From contig CAVTLK010000005.1 in the NCBI GenBank assembly GCA_963735595.1, positions 352,001 to 416,000 of the forward strand: 64,000 nucleotides of DNA. The letters run 5' to 3'. Under the pieces are notes generated by a model. The model searched no databases. It was not told the DNA's origin and saw nothing but the letters and a program-made list of their open reading frames with translations. Position 1 is the stretch's first letter, and each line of letters begins with the position of its first letter. The DNA comes from an uncultured delta proteobacterium. Its GTDB lineage: Bacteria; Desulfobacterota; Zymogenia; Zymogenales; Zymogenaceae. Made by a program: the position numbers and the translations under genes. This document shows, one piece after another, positions 56,539 to 64,000 of this stretch.

Positions 56539-56977
56539 GACTATGTAGTAGATATCTATAATCACCAAGAATCTCTTCCGGTCCTTTCAAGGGATGGAGA
56601 AACAATTCTACGTCTATATCATGGCCAACGAACATAATACCGTCCTATACGTCGGAGTCACCAATGATCTGGTCCGGCGGGTCTTTGAGCATAAAGAGAA
56701 ACTCGTAAAAGGGTTTTCCAGGACGTATAACATCACCAAGCTGGTCTACTACGAGGTAGTCCAGGAAGCCGTGGCGGCCATCGCAAGGGAAAAGCAGCTG
56801 AAGGCGGGGTCGAGGGAAAGGAAGGTTGTATTGATAGAAAGCGTGAATAAGGAATGGAAGGACCTGTACGAGGAAATAGTCTAGAAGTGGAATGTTCGGC
56901 TTTTGACGGGATTTCAGTACGGTTTACGGTGACAGTGAGGGGATTGCCGCGGCCCTTCCGGGGCCTCGCAATGACGG
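56475..56977. mobile_element. putative inverted-repeat-bounded GIY-YIG nuclease element
   Basis: 13-bp perfect inverted repeats CCGTCATTGCGAG (56475-56487) / CTCGCAATGACGG (56965-56977), plus inner 10-bp inverted repeats, enclosing the nuclease ORF. Confidence 0.55.
56594..56884 (+). CDS. small standalone GIY-YIG nuclease
   Basis: FYVYIMAN...LYVGVTNDLVRRVFEHK...KLVYYE...AIAREKQLK...WKDLY. Confidence 0.95.
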   Translation: MEKQFYVYIMANEHNTVLYVGVTNDLVRRVFEHKEKLVKGFSRTYNITKLVYYEVVQEAVAAIAREKQLKAGSRERKVVLIESVNKEWKDLYEEIV

Positions 56978-57120
56978 CGAAGTGGGTGGGCGGTGAGGGA
57001 TTCCGTCGTCACTTCACCGTCATTGCGAGGGAGTGAAACGACCGAAGCAATCCCCTTGTTGTACGGGGACAGTCAGGGGATTGCCGCGGCCCCTAAAGGG
57101 GCCTCGCAATGACGGCAAAG
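56925..57120. repeat. palindromic repeat array right of the GIY-YIG gene
   Basis: Right arm followed by one complete unit (about 57016-57115). Confidence 0.9.
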
Positions 57121-57288
57121 TGCGTCGAAGCAGGCAAAAACGCCGATAATCAGGGCTTTTAAAAGGCAAAAGCGACTTTAGACCCGCTATTGCTTTCCCG
57201 CCCGCCATAACCGCACTTTTCGGCCCTCAACCGCCCCCCGCGGGCGCAATAATAAGGCAAAACCAATTAGATTCCTCTAATTTTTTTC

Positions 57289-57317
57289 TTGACAAACCTT
57301 TCCCGGAATGGTACAAA
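57289..57317 (+). promoter_or_regulatory. promoter of the porin genes
   Basis: TTGACA 57289-57294, 17 nt, TACAAA preceded by TGG; AT-rich upstream tract. Confidence 0.55.
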
Positions 57318-57588
57318 ATGTTGAAATGCTGGAATAGCAGTATCGTCATGCACCTTTATGTTCCTAATATCAATGAGTAATATCTCCGGGCCCGAGGGCA
57401 ACTGAACCTACCGACAGACAACTCACCCTGCCGGGTTTCGGACGAGCGAGAGTGGAAGGAGGTGATGATGAGCGGCCGTCACGTGGAAACAGACGGTTAT
57501 TTTCCTGGTTGAAAAACAGGGTTATGTTCACGGTTTTTCAAAGTACGAGCAGGAAAGATAATTAATGGGAAAATCAGGAGGTAATTTA

Positions 57589-59328
57589 ATGAGGAAATTA
57601 TGGATTTTAGCAGTAGCAGCCATGCTGGTTGTCGCCGTTGCCGCCCCTTCGTTTGCGGCCGAGACGACCATCACGGGCAGCTACCGGATCCGCGGAGTGT
57701 CCGACTGGAACTATGACAAGAGTAATTTAGTCCCAGGGTTGATCGTAGTGCCGCCCGGCGTACCCTTGCCGTACATAGCCGGGACCGGCGAGAATACCTA
57801 CACCGGGTACTTCGACCAGCGGTTCCGGATGACCATCACCCACAAGCGCAGCGAGTTCCTGAAGGCCGTCGTCAGCATCGACATCGCTGAAGACGTCTGG
57901 GGCCAGCAGAGGAACTTCCGCGGCAACTACTCGACCGGCGGCACCGACGGTTACATCAACACGGCCTACATCGAGGCGATCACCAAGGTCGGCCTCTTCA
58001 AGCTCGGTGTTGACAACCTCGGCGGCCGGTTCGGCCACGGGACGTGGTCGGACAGCGGGATGAACGCGGGCGGCGGCGGAAACCCCGGCATCACGTGGGG
58101 CATGAAGGTCGATAACTTCATCGCCACCGTCAGCTACGTCAAGTACGTCGACCTGATCGACCAGGTATTCGCGAACAAGGCCGGTTTGCCCGCGGGCTCT
58201 CTCCGGATATGGAACGGCGGCCTCGGCAATGAGATCGGCGGAAGCGGCTCCAAGTTCTACAACGACGACCTCAACACGTGGGTCATGACGGCCCACTACG
58301 TCACCAGCAACTACAAGGTCGGGCTGCTCTACCAGCTCATCCACGACCCCAAGACGATCAGCGCGGCCTTCTTGGTCGGCGGCATTTCCGACCAGGGCTT
58401 CTTCGCGGGCGAGCCGCTGGGTATAGCGTACTTAGCGGCTATTACCGGAGCGGGCTGGCCGACCCCCACGGGCGCGATCGGCCCCCCGGCACTCGATACC
58501 GGTTTCGGGCGCGCGGGCATGTATGACGCGTACCTGCACATCGTGGCGCTCTACGCAGACCTCAAGTTCATGGACGGCAAGCTCCGCGTGAAGGCGGAAT
58601 ACGACCGGATCTGGGGCGCGGGCAACCTCAACAGCCGCGGCGACGCATTCAATACCGCGCTTGGCGCCACGGCCCTTCCGGCCATCTACCGGCTCAAAGA
58701 CATCACGGTCGACGGGCACACGGTCTACGCGGACGTCTCGTATGACTTCGATGTAGCGAAGGTCGGCGCGGCGTTCCTGTACGGCGCGGGCGAGAAGCAC
58801 TGGCGGCCGTACGCACAGACCCACTACCACTTCAACACGACCGGTAACGACGACTTCCACTGGGGCAACATCATCGTTCCGGGAGATTCGGCCCTGCTGG
58901 CCTCGGGAGCCTTCCCGCTCGGCCTGGGCAACTCCCCCGAGAACGTGACCTCGGCGAAGATCTACGGATCATTCAGCCCGATCGAGAAGCTGGACATCCA
59001 CGGCGCGGTCATCTGGGCGATGTACACCGAGCCGGTCGGCCGCTATGCGGGCGGCACCTTCGGAGTGCCTCTCCAGCCCTTCTACGGCCACCCGATGAAC
59101 TACATGAACGGCAGCTCGTCGGTGGGCTATGTTCCGGCGCACGGAAGCCACGACCTCGGATGGGAGCTTGACCTCGGCGTGACCTACCAGATCATGGAAG
59201 GCCTGAGCCTCAATTCGGAGTTCGGCGTCCTCTTCACCGGCGACGCGTTCGATTACGTGACCGCGACCGGCGACCAGGACTGGGGCAACATCTACCGGTG
59301 GGTCAATACGCTCACCTACGAGTTTTAG
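57589..59328 (+). CDS. outer membrane beta-barrel protein (porin-like), paralogue 1
   Basis: Signal peptide ending SFA; Gly/aromatic-rich alternating strands; C-terminal TLTYEF BAM-type signal; strongly biased codons. Confidence 0.82.
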   Translation: MRKLWILAVAAMLVVAVAAPSFAAETTITGSYRIRGVSDWNYDKSNLVPGLIVVPPGVPLPYIAGTGENTYTGYFDQRFRMTITHKRSEFLKAVVSIDIAEDVWGQQRNFRGNYSTGGTDGYINTAYIEAITKVGLFKLGVDNLGGRFGHGTWSDSGMNAGGGGNPGITWGMKVDNFIATVSYVKYVDLIDQVFANKAGLPAGSLRIWNGGLGNEIGGSGSKFYNDDLNTWVMTAHYVTSNYKVGLLYQLIHDPKTISAAFLVGGISDQGFFAGEPLGIAYLAAITGAGWPTPTGAIGPPALDTGFGRAGMYDAYLHIVALYADLKFMDGKLRVKAEYDRIWGAGNLNSRGDAFNTALGATALPAIYRLKDITVDGHTVYADVSYDFDVAKVGAAFLYGAGEKHWRPYAQTHYHFNTTGNDDFHWGNIIVPGDSALLASGAFPLGLGNSPENVTSAKIYGSFSPIEKLDIHGAVIWAMYTEPVGRYAGGTFGVPLQPFYGHPMNYMNGSSSVGYVPAHGSHDLGWELDLGVTYQIMEGLSLNSEFGVLFTGDAFDYVTATGDQDWGNIYRWVNTLTYEF

Positions 59329-59392
59329 GACGGGCGTTTGTAATTGGTTTTTAGAAGTACGTAAAGACCAAGAAATTTAAGGGAGGAATTTA

Positions 59393-60820
59393 ATGAAAAA
59401 GGCATTGACAATCTTAGTCGCGATGCTGTTCCTGGTCGTGGCGGTCGGCGCTGTGTACGCTGCCGAGACGACCTTCAACGGACAGTACAAAGTTCGCGGA
59501 TGGAGCAACTGGAACTTCGACAAGAAAGTTACCGCTCCTCTCTCCGAGAGGGGACGGTACGACGGGTACTTCGACCAGAGGTTCCGCCTGACCATCACGC
59601 ACACCCGGAGCGAGTTCCTGAAGGCCGTCGTACAGCTTGACCTCGTTGAGGACACCTGGGGACAGCAGAGGAACTTCCGCATCAACAACAGCACGACGGG
59701 CAGCTTTGTCCGCAAGGCGTACATCGAGTTCACGCTTCCCAAGGTTGGGACGTTTACCGTTGGCAAGCAGCCCGCCCTCCTCGGGTACGGCCTTGCCTTC
59801 GCCGACAGCTCCGGCAACCTCGACGGCCTGACCTGGTCGAACAAGTGGGGCCCGTTAGGCGTATCGGCGATGTACTTCAAGCTGGATGACAACATCCTGC
59901 TGGGCGGAGCGAACGAGTCCTACAACCGCGACAGCCAGCTCTGGCTGTTGGACCTCGCCTACACCCCGAACGACAACCACATGATCGAGCTCTTCGGCGG
60001 TTATGCGGACTTCGACGCGGGCATGCCCATCACGCACAACTGGGCTTTCAACTGGGTTACCCCGTTAGCCCCCCCGCTCACGAACGCCTTCGATGACATC
60101 GACGCCAATATCGGCCTGGTGGGCCTTGCCTACACCGGCGAGTTCGCGGACATGATCACCGTCAAGGGCGAGTTCAGCTACCTCTTCGGCAGGGCTGACC
60201 TCCTGGATGCCGGCGGGGCCAACAATTCGAAACTCACCGGACACAACCTCTACGTTGATGTTGCGTACCACAACGACCTGATGACGGTCGGCGCGGCGTT
60301 CATCTACGGCAGCGGCGACACCTCGAGCGGCTACGGCGCCAACCACCTCAACGTCAACTTCATCCTGGCCGACGAGTTTGTCTTCGGCAACATCATTGCC
60401 TCGGGCAACGGCGGCCTGAACGACGCCTTCGGCGGCGGCCTCGGCTTCTGCGACGACATCGAGAACCTGACGGCGGCCAAGATCTACTTCGAGATCACCC
60501 CGCTCTGCTGCGGCGGCAAGCTCACGCTGAACGCGGCCGTGATCTGGGCCAAGTGGACGGAAGATGTCGGAGCCGGAACCCCCTACGGGCATCCGGTCAG
60601 CTACTACGGAAACGGCTATACTCCGTTCGGCTATGCCTCGACGGACCTCGGATGGGAAGTGGACTTCGGCCTGAGCTACGAGATCATGGAAGGCCTGACC
60701 TACAGCCTGGCCACCGGCGTCCTGTTCACCGGCGAGTCGTTTGATTATCTCGGCGGCGGTGTGAAGCAGGAATGGGGCCCGATGTGGACCGTCAACAACA
60801 ACCTGATCTACGAGTTCTAA
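59393..60820 (+). CDS. outer membrane beta-barrel protein (porin-like), paralogue 2
   Basis: Shares GYFDQRFR.TITH.RSEFLKAVV and WGQQRNFR with paralogue 1; ends LIYEF. Confidence 0.82.
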   Translation: MKKALTILVAMLFLVVAVGAVYAAETTFNGQYKVRGWSNWNFDKKVTAPLSERGRYDGYFDQRFRLTITHTRSEFLKAVVQLDLVEDTWGQQRNFRINNSTTGSFVRKAYIEFTLPKVGTFTVGKQPALLGYGLAFADSSGNLDGLTWSNKWGPLGVSAMYFKLDDNILLGGANESYNRDSQLWLLDLAYTPNDNHMIELFGGYADFDAGMPITHNWAFNWVTPLAPPLTNAFDDIDANIGLVGLAYTGEFADMITVKGEFSYLFGRADLLDAGGANNSKLTGHNLYVDVAYHNDLMTVGAAFIYGSGDTSSGYGANHLNVNFILADEFVFGNIIASGNGGLNDAFGGGLGFCDDIENLTAAKIYFEITPLCCGGKLTLNAAVIWAKWTEDVGAGTPYGHPVSYYGNGYTPFGYASTDLGWEVDFGLSYEIMEGLTYSLATGVLFTGESFDYLGGGVKQEWGPMWTVNNNLIYEF

Positions 60821-60850
60821 GAGTTCTCAGTCGTAAGACAAAAGAACCCG

Positions 60851-60886
60851 AAAACCCCCTCAGGGAAACCTGAGGGGGTTTTTTTA
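60851..60886 (+). terminator. intrinsic terminator after the porins
   Basis: AAAACCCCCTCAGG-GAAA-CCTGAGGGGGTTTT followed by a T tract. Confidence 0.9.
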
Positions 60887-60954
60887 TACGCGCCGGCCCG
60901 GACGACCCCGAAAATAGTTGATTTTGACGGGAAAATGCCGTATAAACGTAGTAT

Positions 60955-61420
60955 CCGTCGCCGAGGGGACGGACGGGGCTCGCAATGACGGCGAAGTGGG
61001 TGACGGACTGAGTCGCCACGGCGCCTACGGGGCCTCGCAATGACCTTTTCACCGTCATTGCGAGGAGCGAAACAGCTTGCTTCGCTTCGCTCGCAACAGG
61101 CTCCGCAATCCCCCGACTGTCACCGTACAATAAGGGGATTGCCACGCCCCCTAAAGGGGGCTCGCAATGACGGCGAAGTGGGCGACGGGTGACAGTGGGG
61201 TGTGCGACGGCACTTCACCGTCATTGCGAGGGAGCGAAACAGCTTGCTTCGCTTCGCTCGCAACAGGCTCCGCAATCCCCCGACTGTCACCGTACAACAG
61301 GGAGGTTGCCACGGCCCCTAAAGGGGCCTCGCAATGACAATAATAATCGTCGCCGAGGGCGACGTCGTTAAGCATTGCCACGTCGGCCTGACGGCCTCCT
61401 CGCAATGACGGCGAAGTGGG
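60955..61420. repeat. palindromic repeat array
   Basis: Multiple CTCGCAATGAC and CCGTCATTGCGAG arms; TCGTCGCCGAGGGCGACGTCGTTAAGCATTGCC spacer shared with ~55060-55093. Confidence 0.9.
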
Positions 61421-61473
61421 TGGTTCTGGTGTGTGGTATGTGCGGTTCATTCAGTATTACCGGGGAATAGACC

Positions 61474-62088
61474 ATGATCGAGAAATTCCTCTATACGTGC
61501 CCCGTCTGCATGGCCGAAGAGTCTATCGCGACCGCAAAGGGGGGAGACGCCGCCTGCCGGAAGTGCGGGGCGCGTTTTTCCTACACGGAGGACTACCGGC
61601 TGGAGGTTACGACGGGGAATACGAAACAGACCATGACGCTGCGGGAGGCCTACGAGAAGATACGCGGCGGCGGGCTCACGGCGCGGTCCGACGGGGCGTT
61701 TACCCCCCAAAAGGGCGAGCGCCTGTGGGCGGCCAGTAACCGGGCCGAGCTTTTCCAGGAAGAAAAGGCGGGGATGTTCCGGGGATACAAAAAGATCAGG
61801 GCGCAGCTCTTCCGCTTCTCGCTGATCGATACCGGTAACCTCTACCTGACCGACAGGCGGCTGTTTTTCCACGGGACCCGGGACTACGAGATCGGGCTGG
61901 AAGAGCTCTCGTCGGTGACGATCGAATCGCACGCGATCATGCTGAATACGAAACGCGGCTACGCGCTGTCGGTTTCGTTTTCCCACGAGAGCGGAAAGAA
62001 ATGGGAAGACTACATCAGGAAGGCGGTCCAGAATTTCTACGGGAAGAAGATTATAGCGGAGTATCACCCGAGGATCACGTTTCATTAA
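61474..62088 (+). CDS. hypothetical protein with CxxC...CxxC zinc-ribbon motif
   Basis: IEKFLYTCPVC...CRKCG; GNLYLTDRRLFF; directly upstream of plsC. Confidence 0.75.
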   Translation: MIEKFLYTCPVCMAEESIATAKGGDAACRKCGARFSYTEDYRLEVTTGNTKQTMTLREAYEKIRGGGLTARSDGAFTPQKGERLWAASNRAELFQEEKAGMFRGYKKIRAQLFRFSLIDTGNLYLTDRRLFFHGTRDYEIGLEELSSVTIESHAIMLNTKRGYALSVSFSHESGKKWEDYIRKAVQNFYGKKIIAEYHPRITFH

Positions 62089-62112
62089 CGATGAGCTGCA
62101 GGAGATCGCGCC

Positions 62113-62745
62113 GTGTTTCTTGATATTGTCTACGCGGTTATCATGTTCTGCGTAAAGACCGGGCTCAGGCTGAAGTACCGGATTCACGTCGAGGGGGTGG
62201 ATAACGTCCCGAAGAAGGGCCCGGCCGTATTTCTCTGCAACCATACGAGCGTGGCCGATTCCTTCTTTATCGGCTGCTTCCTTCCCCGGAAGATCTACTT
62301 CATGGCCAAGAGCACCGAGTATGCGTTCGCCCCGGTCCGGTTTTTCCTTTACCTCTCCCGTACGTTCCCCGTCCGGCGGTACGACATAGACCCGGTTTCG
62401 CTGAGAAACGCGATGAGGGTGCTCTCCTTCGGGGGGCTGGTCGGCATCTATCCCGAGGGAGAACGGACGTGGGACGGCCAGATGCTCCCGTTCAGGACCG
62501 GGACGATCAGGTTCCTCCTGGCGGCCGGCGTGCCGATCATACCGGCGGGCATATCGGGGGCGTTCGAAAACCAGCCGCGGTGGGGGGGAAAGATCGGCAG
62601 CCCCGACGTCCGCCTTGCCATCGGGCGGCCGATCCACGCCCCGAAGATCAAGGGAAAGGACCAGACGCGCCGGGATATCCAGGCGCTTTCCGATACGATC
62701 CGCGCGCGCATATCCGAGCTCACGAAGAGGCCGTCGGCCGCATGA
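62113..62745 (+). CDS. plsC: 1-acyl-sn-glycerol-3-phosphate acyltransferase
   Basis: NHTSVAD (HxxxxD), FMAK, FPVRR, IYPEGERT. Confidence 0.9.
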   Translation: MFLDIVYAVIMFCVKTGLRLKYRIHVEGVDNVPKKGPAVFLCNHTSVADSFFIGCFLPRKIYFMAKSTEYAFAPVRFFLYLSRTFPVRRYDIDPVSLRNAMRVLSFGGLVGIYPEGERTWDGQMLPFRTGTIRFLLAAGVPIIPAGISGAFENQPRWGGKIGSPDVRLAIGRPIHAPKIKGKDQTRRDIQALSDTIRARISELTKRPSAA

Positions 62746-62843
62746 GGCCGGCGCGCGGTGAGGAAATCTCCGGCCTACCCCCGCCCGCCCGCGCGACCGG
62801 GCCGGCCCCCCGCACACTGTCCGCCAGCCGCCATACGATTCGA

Positions 62844-62871
62844 TTGACAAAGTAAGAAAATAGGCTATAAT
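62844..62871 (+). promoter_or_regulatory. consensus sigma70 promoter of uppP-ftsK
   Basis: TTGACA 62844-62849, 16 nt, TATAAT 62866-62871. Confidence 0.75.
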
Positions 62872-62891
62872 TTTATACTCAAGGGGTTCCT

Positions 62892-63677
62892 ATGCCGTTT
62901 CTCGTCGCGATTATGCTGGGCCTCATACAGGGCCTCACTGAATTTCTACCGGTAAGCTCGTCGGGACACCTGGTCATCGCGCAGCATTACCTGCCCGGGT
63001 TCTCGGAGGCGCCCCTGCCCTTTGACGTTATACTCCACCTCGGTACGCTGGTTGCCCTTGTTATTTATTTCTTCCGTGATATCAAACACATCGCGGCTTC
63101 CTTTTTCCGGTACAATGATGATGAGGCTGCTGCCGACCGGCGCCTCGGCTGGCTCATCGTCATCGGCACGATACCGGCGGGCGTCGTCGGGCTGTGCTTC
63201 AAGGACCAGATAGAAACGCTCTTTTCCAACGTCACGCTCGTGCCGTACATGTTCATCGCGACGGCCGTGCTGCTGTTCGCCGGGGAGCGGCTGGGGCGGC
63301 CCGAGAGGCCGATACGGTCCATGAGGGTCCGGGACGCGGTTATCATCGGGCTGCTGCAGGCCGTTGCGATCATGCCGGGCATCTCCCGAAGCGGCTCGAC
63401 CATCGCGGGGGGGCTCATGACGGGCCTCGAAAAAGACGCCGCGGCGCGGTTCTCTTTCATCCTTTCGATACCCGCGGTCCTCGGCGCGTTTATCCTCTCG
63501 CTGGGCGACATGACGGACGTGACTGTCCCGTTTGTCGTCGGGGCGGCCGTCGCCTGCCTCGTGGGGCTGGGGGCCATCTGGCTGACGTTTCGCTTCGTGG
63601 TGACAAAGCGGCTCTGGGTATTCTCACTTTACCTGGTCGTTGCGGGAACAATTCTCATCGCCCTGCAACACATATAG
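62892..63677 (+). CDS. uppP: undecaprenyl-diphosphatase
   Basis: GLIQGLTEFLPVSSSGHL, PGISRSGSTI, AARFSFILSIP. Confidence 0.97.
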   Translation: MPFLVAIMLGLIQGLTEFLPVSSSGHLVIAQHYLPGFSEAPLPFDVILHLGTLVALVIYFFRDIKHIAASFFRYNDDEAAADRRLGWLIVIGTIPAGVVGLCFKDQIETLFSNVTLVPYMFIATAVLLFAGERLGRPERPIRSMRVRDAVIIGLLQAVAIMPGISRSGSTIAGGLMTGLEKDAAARFSFILSIPAVLGAFILSLGDMTDVTVPFVVGAAVACLVGLGAIWLTFRFVVTKRLWVFSLYLVVAGTILIALQHI

Positions 63678-63681
63678 GTAT

Positions 63682-64000
63682 ATGGCTAAATTCCTCATCA
63701 TACGCAAGGCGGTCTACCGGGACGTAATCGGCCTTTTTCTGCTGGCCCTTTCGGTCTTCCTGGGGATGAGCCTCCTGTCGTTCCATGCCGCAGACCCGAC
63801 GGCGAGCGCCGGCGAATCGGCGGGCGCGGTCCTCAACTGGGGGGGGATCGTGGGAGCGTGGCTGGCGCACCTGTTGTTCGCGTACCTGGGGGTCGTCGCG
63901 TTTGCCGTGCCGCCGGTTTGCCTGGCCGCCTCGATCCATTTCTTCAAGAAGGAAGGAATCCGCTACCTCGGGTACGACCTTATCTGCGGCCTGTTCGTCG
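63682..64000 (+). CDS. ftsK: DNA translocase FtsK, N-terminal membrane domain (partial)
   Basis: Manual translation: ...LLSFHAADP...NWGGIVGAWLAHLLFAYLG..., the FtsK 4TM pattern; open to the window end. Confidence 0.8.
   Translation, partial: MAKFLIIRKAVYRDVIGLFLLALSVFLGMSLLSFHAADPTASAGESAGAVLNWGGIVGAWLAHLLFAYLGVVAFAVPPVCLAASIHFFKKEGIRYLGYDLICGLFV

Noticed and set aside
54669..57208. ORFs over the repeat arrays (e.g. 54815-55054, 56191-56568, 56208-56540, 56309-56635; also 60792-61450)
   Set aside because: They are translations of the palindromic repeats (recurring RHCE, LAMT and SLRG strings), not plausible genes.
54624..61420. CRISPR array
   Set aside because: The spacers are themselves repeated, the units are long nested palindromes of variable length, and no cas genes are present.

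Overview
GC-rich diderm bacterial chromosomal segment; the gene set suggests a deltaproteobacterium/Desulfobacterota-like organism (inference). It is mostly housekeeping and envelope genes: polA, a Ycf46-type AAA ATPase, MFS transporters, a CorC/HlyC protein, lysS, a long lolE-lolD-bamA-skp-lpxD-fabZ-lpxA-gnnA(like)-lpxB-PAP2-PAP2-msbA-PAP2/waaA-lpxK-gmhB-ycaR-waaF cluster, kdkA, alr, glyQ/glyS, ppdK, two tandem porins, plsC, uppP and the start of ftsK. The strongest hidden signal is at 12127-12924: an organomercurial lyase (MerB)-like gene that the ORF track breaks up because both catalytic cysteines are in-frame TGA codons, each followed by a SECIS-like hairpin. It is a probable double-selenocysteine MerB homologue in a MarR + SAM methyltransferase operon. 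The second signal is a ~500-bp inverted-repeat-bounded element carrying a small GIY-YIG nuclease, surrounded by nuclease-less palindromic copies of the same repeat. Other points are a PAP2-WaaA fusion, a 60-bp duplicated gene end bracketing an AT-richer insert, and a STAB-SD-like site in the porin leader. Several conserved genes (lysS, glyS, ppdK, one lolE copy, a GT9 gene) carry frameshifts that are most simply assembly indels, so claims that depend on single bases need read-level checking. All family assignments are by eye; no searches were run.
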